From positions 10,968,311 through 11,032,310 of the forward strand of contig CAJINV010000001.1 of the NCBI GenBank assembly GCA_905178155.1: 64,000 nt of DNA. Direction: 5' to 3'. Origin of the DNA: Amoebophrya sp. A120 (taxonomy: Eukaryota > Protista > Dinoflagellata). Positions within the stretch are counted from its first letter, which is position 1. The number at the start of each line of letters is the position of its first letter. Under the pieces are notes generated by a model, which was given only the letters and a program-made list of their open reading frames with translations, did no database searches and was not told the DNA's origin. Positions 1 to 13,181 of the stretch are shown piece by piece. The position numbers and the translations under genes are program-made.

Positions 1-83
1 AAAGTAGATAGGGCTAGGCAGACATCGCACTAATATTTATGTGCATGTTCTTGTTGAGGTCTCGATCTCGTCCACCTCTGCAG

Positions 84-3000
84 GAGCCCGTGCGCATGAT
101 CCCAAAAAATTATTTGCCCTTACAACTACTACTACATCACTACCAGTTCACCTCTGCATCCGCGACCGGAGCGGACATTCACCGTTCCTCCACACCCCCG
201 CAGAAGAAGAAATGGAAGCGATCCATTCGCGTGGTCGGAGGCGTGCAGAACGGCCACGTGTACCTTCGCGTGTATGGTGGTCTCAAACGTTGCATGGGTC
301 GCTGACTGTGAAAAGGTGCCCTTTGTACGGAGTGCGTTCGTGTGTTCGGTCGGATTTGCGTCACGAAATCATGGCACAGCGATCAATGTAACGTTTGAGA
401 ACCCCATAGCATGGACGAGGAGGTGGATGAGTTGCAGGTGGAACAGGAGACAGATCCGTCCGCCAGCGAGCGAAACCTTTCGACGTACGGGACGAACAAT
501 AGGGGCAGTCTGGATGGCATTCACGCGGACCTTGCGCGCGCCGCGAACAACAGTGGGGTACTCGCGGCCCGGATTTCCGGGCTCACAGGCGACGGCGGCC
601 GCACGCCCGGCGGGCCGTTGGAGGACGGCCGGCCGCTGCATGACTTGGTGAACCCGGCATCGCCGGGGGCGCCGGTTGCGGTACTGAACAAGAACCTACC
701 GGGGCTCTCCGCGGTGCCCAGCTCTTCCAACTCGGGGACCAGTCTGAAGAGAAGCAGCGACCCCGCGGCGGAGCAAGCGTGGCGTGGCAAAATATACGGG
801 ATCTGCGATCGCTTGTTGCATGAGGCGAACGGCTCCGCTGACGGAGGCTCTTCGTGCGGCGTCACCGAGAAAACGCTCGCCGCACCGCCCTCGATCGAGG
901 TTTTGCGGCAGGTTCTTTCCAATCACTTTGGCGTCGCGCTCGAGCAGTTTGGCAAAGGGTCCGCGAAGTCACTCGAAGCTTTCTACGAGGAGCTGTGTAG
1001 CGGGGAGTCGGCGCTCGCGATTTGCATGAATTACGAACACCAGCAGAACGCCGCACGCTCGCATTCGGTGACCGACCAACTTGCTGGAACCGCGTTAACG
1101 CGCGACTCGTCGAAGGGCGCGGCGTCGTCGAAAACGAGGCTCGAGCACGACTTGAATGTCAAGTTGTCCGATGTTTTTTTGGAACAGCACGCCGACCAGC
1201 GATCCGCAGCGTCGACGCTAGAAGAGAACAAGTCCGCGCCTCTGTCACCGCGGTCCCTTGCCGACACGACAGGGGGCCGGCTGGGCGTGACTTCGAAGGA
1301 GATGGTTACCATTCGCGAGGATGCTGTCATGGCGCAGCTGCCGGAGGACGACAGTCGAATGACGAGCAAAAACGGTCCCCTGTCCTCGTCACTCCGGTCC
1401 CCGAACTACAGCAACGGTTTGGGAAGTCCGTCCAGTCCCGCGGACAGTGCGCCGTCTTCCGATCACACGAATTTGCTTGCCAGCGCCGTACTGGGGAAGC
1501 GGGCGAGGAGCAAAAACAGTGGTGAGCAGATGGACGGGTCGGTGTGCGGTATGGAACTACATCACAACGGAATGTTGAACAACTCGGCAACGCCGGCCAA
1601 TGGAACTTCTACGCAAGAAAAGCAGCAGGAAGACGATCTCCAGGAAGAAGTTTGCAGTTTGGCGAGCGAGAAGGTGGAGCCGCTGGAGTACCCGCCTATG
1701 GCCTTGGAGTGCGCGCTACAACTGGGTCGTGGCGAGGTTTCGATGTTTGCGGACGGCAATGGTAGCATGCCGGGCGCGAAGTCGCCGGTAACGCTCTCTT
1801 TGGTTCGGCGCGTGGCTCCGGTAATCGTGCTGATTCGGTCGCGGGGGAAGATTCTGGTGCGTACCTGTGAAATCAGCGAGGACGACCGGTTGGTGTCGAC
1901 CGCGCCGCTGTTACCGGGCGCGAAGCGTCGGCCCAGCGAGCCTTGGCGGGATTGCGTGTACCGGATGTTGGCGGACGATTTGCATTTGGACGCCGAGAAC
2001 ATTCTGAACATCGAGGCCATCAAGCCCCAGGCGGCGGACAGTGTGCAGGAGTTCTTCGAGCGGATTGATGGCGGCATGATGGTGCCATCGGCCTCGTCTT
2101 CGAAGGAAATAAAGGAAGATACAGAGACCAGCCCGGCTTCCGGATCGCTGGACCTCCAGCAATCCACGCAGACTCTTCCCAAAACGCTTGCTCTGCCTCG
2201 TCCGTCGCTGCAATCGCGAACGTCGACCTCCCGCGGATCGGTGCTTGGCAGCAGCATCTCGCTCATGATGCAGCGGCGGCTGAGCACCAGCAACTCGTCC
2301 ATTTCGGCGATGAAGAGGTCTTCCATTTTCTTCGGTGGTGGTGGGAGCAGTAAAACAACCCAACCGCATGAAGCGGAAACAGGAGAGCAGGTGAAGAAGA
2401 AGAAATCGGAAGAGAACATCCGCTTCACGGTGCAGGAAACAAAGACCTCGCGGGCCGTGCCCGGACTCCGCACCCAGTACCGTTACTATGTGTGCTGTGT
2501 CACGGTCAAGGAACCAGAACGATGGACGTTTTCGTGCGAGAACGTGATGAGTGCCAACAGTTCCGCCACCGTGTCGTACGACCCCGGAAGCCTCGGCTTT
2601 ATGGGCCCGCTCACCTTCGTGACCAAGCGCGCCACACCGCTGGGCGTGCGGACGTTCTACTGGACCTGGAGCCAGGAGTTCGAAAAGACCCTGAACGCAG
2701 TGACCCTGTCGCGGTTGGGCATCAAAAATTTGAAACCACGGCTGAGCGGCACCGCTTCGAGGCAAGGCGGTGTCGTGGACGAGAGCGACAGCGTGCAGAG
2801 CAAAGTAGGGAAAGTGATGTCCGAGGTGTTTTTCAGCGGTGCGGTTGGCCGGCAGGACGATGTTGATCCAGAGCCGGGGGAGGCACAACAAGCACGCCAG
2901 GGCGACCATGCTAGTAATAGCCTTTGCGGGGCGACGTCGACCAAGCACGGAGTTGTTGTGCCCACGCCCACATTCGCGAGCCCAACAGAACGTTGGGTGG

Positions 3001-6000
3001 AGGAAGCACTTTTGAACGCGCGGACATTTCTGACCGCGGCTTCGTTCAACGCGAAGAGTATCGACTCGCAGAAGGACATGAAGAACAAGAAGCAGATCGG
3101 CGTGGTGGCCATGGGCAGCGACCAGGAGCTGCCCGTCTTTTTAGACGGCGCCGGGGACACGCGGTCCGAGCCCTTCTTTGTGCTACCCGTCCCGCCGTCC
3201 GCCGACGCGCTGGATGCCTTGCTGCGTCGCGCGTTGGAGCTTGGGCTGCTGCGTAACGTGCAGTCGCTCGTGACAACTCCGGCGAATGCAGCGATGCGCG
3301 GCTCGTCCCAACAGGGGGTGCCGGATTCCGGACGGCTTCCCTGGGACATCGAGCCAACGCTGCACGGGGAAGTGCGCGGCGGCAGCTTGCGCAACCCCCG
3401 GTCGCAGGCTGCCTTCAACAGCACGCGGGCCTTCCTGTTAAGCGACCCAGTTCTGGAGGACTTGGATCACGCGGACCCGCTTAGTGCCTCCAGTGACGGC
3501 GTTACCACCAATCCTGGTGCGCAAATCGGGAAGAGCACGACCGGCAAGTTATTCAGCGGTTTCTTCGCGCAGTCTTCGACCGCGATGGGAACGGCGGTCG
3601 GCCACGCGCAGTCGGAGCCGCAGGGCCTGGACAAGCTGCAGAGCGGCTTCGGCGCTGCGTCAACCAGTATGTTCGGGACCGCCAGCGTCGCGTTTTCGCG
3701 GGGCGTGACTCGAGCCGCCGCGGCGCCGGCGCCGCCGTTGAAGAAATTGCTGATCCGCTACGTCGAGCGCGGAAACTCGGTGCCGGAGGTTCCCGAAGTT
3801 TTCGGTGACCTACACCGTTCGCGCTCGGGGGAAAGTGGCGACACCGCCGAGGCGCTCGAAAACGATCCCTTTTTCAACCCCTCGGCTCCGGGGGCTGCTC
3901 TTTCCCAGTCCCGGTCGAGCAAGGTGGCGGTGATCGATCGCGATTTGCTACAGCAGCTCTATCAGGAGCTGATTTTCCGCAAAGCCCATCTGCGCGTGCG
4001 GCGCGGCGTGCTCGAGCGGTATCTGGAACCCTGCCTGGTGTGTTTGATGTGCAACGGGAAGGTGCTGCTGCGGACGCACGAGGAGCTGGAGGACGGGCGG
4101 GTAAGCGATCGCCTGACGCTCTTGACCACCAAGAAGATGCCGGAGGAGAAGTGGGAGGACGCCGCGCGGCGCGCCTGCATCGACGAGCTGGGTGCGGCGC
4201 CAAACATCAAGGCACTGAAATTCCACGACGCGACGCACTTGTGCCGCGAGGAGGGCGGTGGGGACAGCAGCAACATGCCGGGCATCGCAACGTACTACGG
4301 GTTGACCTTGATCAAGGTCAACGTGACCCAGCAGTTTGCGGACAGTCTCGCGCTCCGCTGCAACGTGCAGCAAACCTCGCCGACCGCGAGTAAGGCGTAC
4401 CGGAACAAGCGAAATAGTGTCAAGAAGGGAGCTGGGAGGCTTTCCACTGCGGTTTCGTTTTCCGGGGTGGTGAACCGAAAACGGAGCGGCAGCAGCTCTT
4501 TGTCCATCCGAAGCTTCACCGGCGCCGGCGGTAGTAATGGGAGCAAGCGGAACCTCCTGCCGAACCTGCGGAGGTCGGGAACGGCCAGCTTTTTCGGCAG
4601 TGATCAGGGCGGGGATAAAGGACATGAAGAGGAGGGAATATTAAACGAGGACGAGAAGGACTGCGATGGAAAGCAGGGCGGATCACCGTCGGCTTCCGCA
4701 GAAGTTGACAAGCGCCCACGTGTGAGCGCCGTGACGAATTTGCGGAAGCGGATTTCCTTTAAATCCCGTCTGAGTGTGAAGCGGTCCTCAACGCTAGTAA
4801 ACGCCGTGTTCAAGCACCGAAAATCCGGAAACGCTGCGCAGTTTGCCGTTCCGAGCCCCAGCGTGTCGCCGCTGTCACGACCAGAGGCTGGCGAACAGCA
4901 CATGGAGCAAATGAACGACGGGCCAGCGTCAGGTAGTGGGAGCCGTAGTAGCCCGGACAGCCGCGGGAGTTCCCCGATTTCGGATGATAAAGCAAAAGAC
5001 TCGACGGGGGTACTAGCCGGCAGTGGATCGCTTCAGTCCGCGGCTGCGGTTGGGGGAACAGTTGCACTCACTGACCCGGTGGTCCCCGTTCCGAAAGACG
5101 ACGGGGCACTATTACCAGCTGTGCTTGCGCAAGGAACTAAGCGAAAAAGCCGGAAGAGCGGCTGGCGAAAATCCGTTCTGGCGTTCCTTCCCGCGACGCG
5201 AATGTCTCTGGTTCAGCGACACCCGGTGAACCACCAGCATGGAGGTGCAGACGGTACTAACCACAAGCCATCCGACATCTACGATCCTTCCTCCGAGGAG
5301 GGGTCGAAGGCCAGTGTAGATGGTGCAAACGACAAGGATCAACATAATTCGCCGCAGTCTGACGGGAACAACGATAACACCGCCGCATCTCCGCAGGACT
5401 CGATCGATTCCGCGAAGGTTGTGGCCAAGAAACCTTCCAGCAAAGAGAGAGGCACGTCGACCAAGGCCAGCACGACCAAAATGAACATAGCGTCCAAGAA
5501 CTCGGGGAAAACGAAGCGGTCCTCCATGGCCGCCGCGAAAGGCCGGATGTCCACGCTGTCGCGTCATGGCGGAAACACGTCCCCCACGGATCATGAGATG
5601 AACAAAGAGCAGCCGCAGGACGAAGTGCAGTCGTCGATCGACTCCTTCCTGAACCACGAGACTTTCGAAACCCGGCCCTTCGAATGCAGCTTTTGGACCA
5701 AGGTGCAAACGTCGGCGGGGACGCGCACGCGCTACTGGCACTGGAAAGAGATGGAGGACCTGGACAACCTAGATTGGGCGAGCAAAATGTTCACAGAGTC
5801 TCCCCTTCTCTTCTCGTCTCTGGTGCAACTCCGCGAGGCCAAGCTCGACGCGGCCGGCAGCGCCAGCGTGAAGAGTCTGCTGCTCGGGCTGGAGGGCTCT
5901 GCGCCGGGCAAGATCGGGGTCGCGGGGAAGCACGACGCGGGCGGGAAATCGAAGCCGTACGGGGCTTGGAATGGACTCAAGTGGCGGTACTTCGGCGAGT

Positions 6001-6332
6001 CCGTTCCCCCGGTTCCCGCGAGCGTGGGCGGCATGCGTGTGAACATGACGAAGCCATTGTTTGAGCTGTGCGAGCGGGTGTGCAGCAAGGTGTTGACGGA
6101 CCCGCAGCTGGGAGATTTGGTGGACGAGCTTTTGCGGAAGGGCGTGTGGGACCCCACGCTGGGCGAGGAGTCGTCGGATCCAAGCGGGGAGCGGGTGCAG
6201 GAAATGCTGTTCAAAAACATTCTGAAATCAGACGGACGAAGAGCGAAGGAGCGTGTGCACGAGTATTTACTGCGAAATCGAGGGGCGACAGCGAACAATG
6301 GAGCAGGGTCCGGACAGACAGGGACGGTCTAG
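84..6332 (+). CDS. Large protein (~2000 aa, 5' end probably outside the window) with two Nudix-like domains and long Ser-rich low-complexity linkers
   Basis: 1973-aa ORF 411-6332 is in frame with upstream exon 84-272 (after ctgcag) once element 273-408 is removed. The module occurs twice: GKILVRTCEISEDDR..KRRPSEPWRDCVYRMLADDL..PGLRTQY and GKVLLRTHEELEDGR..KKMPEEKWEDAARRACIDELG..PGIATYY (degenerate Nudix box), preceded by FGKGSAKSLEAFYEELCSGES. Confidence 0.75.
273..408 (+). mobile_element. Introner/MITE-like intron element A (136 bp)
   Basis: 32-bp imperfect TIR TATGGTGGTCTCAAACGTTGCATGGGTCGCTG / CAGCGATCAATGTAACGTTTGAGAACCCCATA. Flanked by GCGTG (268-272) and GCATG (409-413). In-frame TGA at 303-305. 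Ends resemble those of element 22497-22731. Confidence 0.85.
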
Positions 6333-7259
6333 CGCGATCATGAACTTCTTATGCTTGATGGTTGTGTTGAAGTTAATCTTGATGCAGACTAAAAAAAGCC
6401 AGTGCTGATTTTTTACCAACCAAAAGTACAACCGCTACACAACCCGTTCCTACTAACTTACAAAAGTAAAGAAAGAAGTATAGAAGCACTACATAGCAGC
6501 TGCACTACATGACAGAAATCATCTGCAAAAGATGATAAGTACCAAGACCGAGCGGCCATAGGAGAAAAGTACTCAGACGTACATGCAGTGAGTGAAAAAA
6601 CTTTTGATACGAATTTTTCAACATAGGAAATTTGAAAATCCAAGGACGTTCGGGATAGGAAAGAAAAGCACAACAACACGTATTCTCCGCATGTCTTGGA
6701 GTTCAATTTTTATTTTTGAAGTGGTCTCGCAGTTGTAAGTAAGTAATTTGGCCGGGTAGATTGCTTAGATCTTGATCGTATCCACGCTATCGTCTTCGTG
6801 ACTGTCTTCGTCGTGAACTTTTTTTTTTTCAGTTCCCCATCGTCTGCTTTGAGCTCTGGCCGCGGGCCTCGTGTTGTCGTTGTCGGTGCTCTTCGTCATT
6901 TCTCCACCTCATTCATATCGTCGGGCCTCAAATTTCTTCTTCGTGAATGTAATGATAATGAATGACTACTGGACGACCATGTCGAAGTGCGTAGAAGTAC
7001 CGCGGCCGCACGACTGTAGTAATTCACCATTTCCTTTTTCTTAAGTAACCGCAACCGGAGGAACGATCGCCGGAAGTTACGAAGAATCATGCTACTTACT
7101 AACATATCTAGCCAGCGTTTTTTTTAAGGTTTTCTTTCTCTAGGGGGTGGACAAAACAAACTGTACATACTTTGTGTTGAACTCGGGAATTGTTCTTTTC
7201 AATTTTACCTGTACACTATCGATTTTCAAAAAACACTTGTCATATAATTTTTTACGCAC

Positions 7260-8677
7260 ATGTTGGGATTGAGACCGCCGTTTGGTTCGGCTTCAATTGC
7301 CGCGAATGTACCACTCGATAGCAACGGGTTCCCAGTCCAGCGATTTTCTACGCGGTATCACAGAGGGCAGAATCCTCGCGTGTGGGGCCACGACACCGGA
7401 TTCACTGACAGCGTCTATAGTGATGGAGAAGTCAGGAGAAGAAGTATCAAGGCTAGCGCGAGTTCTTTTCGTTCAACAATTCGATGTGGTTTATCTGTCT
7501 TCCTCGCAAAGACGAAATGCTGTTTCCAAAAGACACTGGAAGGCTGTAAGTACAACAGCTTGTTCCTGCAATCTTCATCTTTCAAAAAAAAACAAAGGTA
7601 CGGGCAGCATGCTCCGGAAGCGGTCACCGCAGTGGTCCGCCTTCCAGGATAGCCTCGGCCAGGAGATGGGCGAATTCAAGAACGTGGCGAACACGAGTGT
7701 GATGAGCTTTTCCCCAAGGTCACTTTCCCCAAGAGAACGACAGCGCAAAGAGCAGAATTTGGAGCCTTGGGAATTCAAAGCGCCGCTGAGACAGGAAATC
7801 AAGGACCTGCGAAATCACAAATTTTGGCACGTGACGCTCGACTACAAACCGAAACCGACGTCGGTGAACGGCTACTGTACAGATATGATGATGTGACGCA
7901 CCTTTTTTTCGTTGTATTTGTCAGTCATGTAGTTGAAGTTGAACTATAAGACGAAGACGGGTTTGACCTTGAGTAACAAACTGCACATCAAAGGAGCCTT
8001 ATCACTCGCTTAAAAACATCATCACGTGCAGGGCATTTCCAGAACAGCTTCAAGCCCTGCACCCAGCTGACGGATTTGCCACGGCGGCCGGGAACGCCAC
8101 CCTCTCCGCGTGATGAGTTCGATGCCAGCGAGCACATCGGCGCCTTGAGTTCGCCGGAGTTGAGCCGTATTGTTTGTTCTCTTGCTCTAAGAATGGATAC
8201 AGTAAACAGTTTTTTGTTTCGTCAAACTCGTGTAATTTTTGCTCCCACAGCCATCCTTTCATTTGCTTACCCTACACGTACACACCATTTTCATAACGAC
8301 AAGCCATAGACAAGCCATATACGTTCTAAAAGGATAGGGGGGCGTGCTTAAATGAATTACAACACCAAAATGAAATAGCCCGTCACTCCCCGCGTTCCCG
8401 GAGTCCACGGTCTCCCCGAAGGTCGCCAGTGCCGGAGCTCGACACCAGGCGGCTTGTGCGAACGATGGATACGCTGTCAAAGAAGCCGGAGCACATTGGA
8501 GAGGAGTTTGCGCACTTTGCAAGGGAAAAAAAGAGACACCTCGCCAACGTGTCTCACACCCGGGTGCTCTTCGACCAGAGCAAGCATGGCGGCGGTCTCT
8601 CCAGTCGCAGTCACGGCGGGACACAGAGCGAAAAGCACATCCGCTTAGCGGAGTCGATTACAAGTACTAAAATATGA
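7260..8677 (+). CDS. Hypothetical multi-exon protein
   Basis: Coding-like segments at ~7260-7420, 7598-7863, ~8049-8160 and ~8379-8677 are separated by AT-rich intron-like gaps. No recognisable domain; boundaries approximate. Confidence 0.45.
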
Positions 8678-9778
8678 ATGTCAATGTGGTCTCTTCTATT
8701 TTATAGATGATGAAACGAGAGAAAACTTGTTGCGTAGGTAGCAGCAGTCTTGTTTTATTCGCAGAAGGGTGGACCTCATAGTCATACTCCACTTCTGGTT
8801 TACGGCACTTATTCTCCCAAAAATGTGAAATCGAAAATGAAAATTCGGCAGGACTGAGCGGCCCTACTGCGCAAAGTTACAACGATAAAAAGCGTGCACC
8901 CATGCGGCGTTACCGAAAGTACCTGACAGCCTCCCTGAGTTCCGTACGAAAACCAACATCGCAAATTCCGGAGATGGTAGATTCCCTAGGCCCGGTGCGG
9001 AGGGAAGGCTACTGGTGGCGGGAACCGAAGCCAAAAGAGTGGGGTTTCTAGTGGAATCAGAAACCGTATTGGCAATGTTTTTTTGATTGATCATGTACCA
9101 AAACCAAATTGCTTGCCACTAGTAGGCTTTTTTGTATTAAAGTAAAAAAAATGACCTTAAAGTAGTAAGCTTGTACAATGAAAAACACCTAGGGCCACCT
9201 AAAGGTGTTTTCCTCTTATTTTCTTCATTTTTGCTTAATAACATTCAATCGACGTAGTTGCGGCATGCTTTTTTTGGCAATGTCAGCAATCAAAACCGCT
9301 TTCATTCGTTGCAAAGACCGCACTCGCCACGAGTACGACCGGAAACGAGGTGCTGCACACAGACAACTTGTACGATACCCCTTGTATGTTTTGGCGTTGC
9401 TCGAACCGAGCGAGAAATTTTTATTTTCTCAGAGAAATAAACAAAAAGAAAGCCACCGACCTACAAAATCCGGACGCAGCCATGGTTGCCCTTCGTGGTA
9501 TCATGTGTGAGTCAACCGCCCAGCAGCGTCCACGCGTAAGTATCCAATATGTTCGCACGAAACAGCAGAATCTTTATCTTTTGGCTTTGCTGACGGTGCG
9601 TTCTGAGAACAAGCTGAAGACGAGTCCCCACGAGCGAGTGGGTTTAACGGCGATCTTCGGTGTCGTGTTTTCAAACTCAGTAGGGATCACGGCTGTAAAG
9701 GCCGCATACTTATTTATTCCCAGCACGATTTTATTGCTTTAGCGCCACAGCATCTCTCCTCACACACCGACCACCTCC

Positions 9779-10788
9779 ATGGCTAGCGTCGTTTCCGGTG
9801 CTACTGGCTCCGCGGCTGGGCCGCAGGACGCGAAGAGCTCTGCTTCCTCGTCGAATCGACGGTCCCTCGCCGACGTGCGCGCGCAACAGAGGTTACAGTC
9901 CCGGCCGCAGCTGTACGTCAATGGCGAGGTGTATGCAAACATATTTTTCGTGGGAAATCATCATATAGGGAAATGACTTGATGTCGCACAGGCGCTATGA
10001 CCCAGTCTCAGACTTTCAGTCGGCCTCTGTTCTTGCGTATATCAAGTATGGCAAGCCATATTCCATTATGACGATTTCCCAGTTCTTGACGCTCCCATCA
10101 AGTAGAGTGTGGTGGAATTTGTGCGACCAACATGAGCCAACTGTACTGCGCGTTCCGGTTTCGCTTCATCCGTGCGAACTGGTTCATGCTGAATGGCGAG
10201 GAGCGAGGGGAAACGTTCGTTTCTGACGGTCACAATGGGATGTGTGTCTGGAACCACCCGTTTGATGCGCATTTCGCGTATTTTTTGCTTTTTTTTGGAC
10301 GACGCAACAATCAAATTTAACCGCACCGGTGTCAGGCCGTCAGCTTGCTAATTACTTATTTTAGAATCGAAATAGTATGATTGCTGCTGCTGGTACAACT
10401 CGCTGACTTTGCGTTTGCGCGCAACATACAAGAACGACTTTTCTACTGCAGCGCTCTCGCACTCGAAGGCTGGCCGCGCATGGAGTTGGTTGTACGAGGC
10501 AAGGACGGGGACGGGCGGAACCAAGTAGCAGGGTATGGTCAGGTGCTGGTGCCAACGAAACCCGGATGCCACGAGCTCATTGTCCAGTGCTGGAGGCCGC
10601 TTTCGCAGGACAAGCTGCGGCAGAAACTGCTGGGCGAAGTCCCGGAGTTATTGGACGAAGAGATTGACTACATCGCGCAACCCAACAAGTCCAAGCCGGG
10701 GATCCGAGCAGAAGATAGCGTCGAGGTTCTCGTGCGATTTAACGTCAGCTTGCAGGAATTTCGACAGAATAACTTACATGTTGTGTGA
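9779..10788 (+). CDS. B9-domain ciliary transition-zone protein (B9D2/B9D1-like), 3 exons
   Basis: Spliced product contains LYVNGEVECG..LYCAF..W..LNG..GETFV..VWNHPFDAHFA..LEGWPR..DGDGRNQVAGYGQVLVPTKPGCHEL..WRPL, which matches B9/MKS motifs. Intron 2 is GT-AG (10278-10451). Confidence 0.85.
9932..10099 (+). mobile_element. Probable decayed introner forming B9 intron 1
   Basis: Starts TATG and ends CCCATC. Internal inverted repeat TGGGAAATCATCATA..ATGACTTG (from ~9951) versus CAAG..CATATTCCATTATGACGATTTCCCA (to ~10081). Degenerate flanks AGGTG/AAGTA. Confidence 0.5.
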
Positions 10789-11488
10789 TGAGCGACAAAG
10801 GCATGATGATGCACATGTCGTCGAGTTCTATTAAACCTTGATCTTCAGCAGTTTGTATGGTACAAATAGCGACCAACCTTTCCAATGGTAATGTGAGAAG
10901 GCCTGTGGCACTAGTTCTAGTAGGATGCGGACGCGCTTTATGTATGTTGAAGATCGGAAAAATCGCGATCGCCTCGCAGCCGATGTATCCATGTCCTCTG
11001 CACGTTCTATCATATCTGTGTGGTATGCGGTGTTCTAGAACTACTTTGTCTCGGGAAAAGAACAAGAACTGATGAATTGACGGCCCTCCACCGTCACTCG
11101 TATAGAAGCTTGAGACGTTCTACGTCTGCATTGCTCACACGAGAGATCCCGTCCTGTGTACTTCCACCAGTCTGCATCAGGTGGCAATTGTTTTCTGAAA
11201 GCTTGCAGCTGCATCTGTTTTCCAGGTTTTATTTTGATTCAAAATCAAAAACAAAAAGTAGCGCTTTACTCGTTTCGTTTTGCGTGAGCAAGTGCTCGGC
11301 ACAAATTTTGATTTTCCTTGACAGATCTAGAAAAAATGCACATGCTTAAGCCCTCTATAATCAAATACAAAATACGTCTGCAACATTAGAAGTACAGTAG
11401 AGAAAATCTTCTCAGAGTAAAGTAAGGTAATTGATGGCCTTATAGTTTTCGCTTCAAGTAGGCCAAGAACAAAAAAACCAACTGTAGC

Positions 11489-13181
11489 ATGGGCGTCGTC
11501 GACGCGGCAAGGGCGTGGGTGCAATCCCAGTATGATCGCCTTGCTCGAACCGACAGCGGGGACGTCGGAGTCTCAGACTACTTGAATCGCGAAGGATACG
11601 TGAAGCGGGCAAAGGCTTCGTGGTGCTTCGCTGGAAGTTCGTTTCTCTACTCCGTCTTCGGGCTCTACCTGATCTATTGCGCCGAGGTTATGGATCGAAA
11701 ATGTACTCATCGCAGCTTTGGCTTTCTGCGCTTGTTTTGATGCTTTGTTTATTCCCCTTGTTGTCCATTTTCACTTAACATGACGTCCGTTGTTGACGGC
11801 GACTTCATAGCTGCGGCGCTGCTGTTGAGGCACGCGAGATATACTTGCTTTTATGCAAATTTAGGCATCGCCCTCGCGTTCGCCCCCCGGTACCGGTTTA
11901 CTGGACGAGCGCATACAATCATCATTGAGATTGAATCTTGCAAAAAGAAAAAATCAAAAATAAATCAGTTCCCATACTCGCCGGGCTGTGGTGGTACGAG
12001 GGTCTTTTTCTCACGGTACAGGGGCCAATATCCTACTGGAACGACGTTTACCACTTCGGGTTGGATAAGACAGCGTCGTCGGTACTTGAAAATTTCTTCT
12101 GACTCACTAATTTGAATTGTATCGATGGGTAGGTGGATGCATGCCTAAAACTAAAAGACATGTCACTCTTCTTTTTGTGTCTGGATTTGGTCCTGGTCTG
12201 CGGGAGCAGTTCACGAGATTTTGGACCCAACTGGACTACTTTTGAAACCTGGGTTGAGCGATTCTGCGCACCCAATAAGTGCTCGTGCTGCTAAAGCCAA
12301 TAGCAGAGCCCGCGTGGTCGTATTTTTTCGATGCACGTACTACAACATGTAAGTACTCGAAAAGATATTATGTCGCCTTTGGCTGTCGTGAACTGAATCT
12401 GAACGAATGCCACCGCTTCTTTCAGGTTGATAGAGCCAGCGCTTTGACGCTGTTTTTCCTGCAGTGCGGCAAGTGGTTCGTCGTGCCCCTGGACTTCCCG
12501 ACGAACTGGATAGTTTTTGTGCTTCTCTGGGTGGCGGGAATCATCTTTCTCATCGCAAGCACACACTTTGGGAACGTCTTGACCTGTAGCGGAATAGCGG
12601 AAAAGGAGTGCGGTGGAGCAGTAGTGTCTTCAAAAACAAAAGCTAACACCAGCACCGAGTGGTCCACTGCAAGAATAAAAACACGAGACTTGTCCGGAAA
12701 TAATGCTCCAAAAGCGCCAGCATTGGCAGACGATGAATCTTCGCTTGTACAATTGACGGAGGCCGGTCTTGAGAGAAGGGAACAAGCAGACGGAAAAAGA
12801 TCAAAGCAAAAGCCGCGAAACCGCACGCCGTCGGGTAAAAAAGCAGCTCTGAGCAACCAACTGACGGTCGGGTCCAGGAAGAACAGCACTGCATCCACAG
12901 TGTCCACCTCTGCCTCATCCACAAAGAGCACGAGGCTCGTGGCTACGCAAAGCACACCGACCGGAGAGCACGCTCCTTCTTCTACCGGCACGCAGGCGGC
13001 CCTAGTGGTCGAGACGCACTTCAAAGCCTACCTTTTCTGGCACACATTGTGGCACGTAGCGCTCCCGGTTCCCGGAATACTGACACTAGCGTCGTTCCGA
13101 ACGGAGTATGGCCTGCCGGTGTTGCCGACATGGGCGCTCAGCGAAGATATGTTTTCGCATCTCGTCACCGGGGCCTGGTAG
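11489..13181 (+). CDS. Multi-pass membrane protein, possibly CREST/ceramidase-like
   Basis: Hydrophobic helices across exons (~11489-11686, ~11969-12081, 12427-13181) with motifs QGPISYWNDVYHFG, VDRASA and FWHTLWH. Confidence 0.6.
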
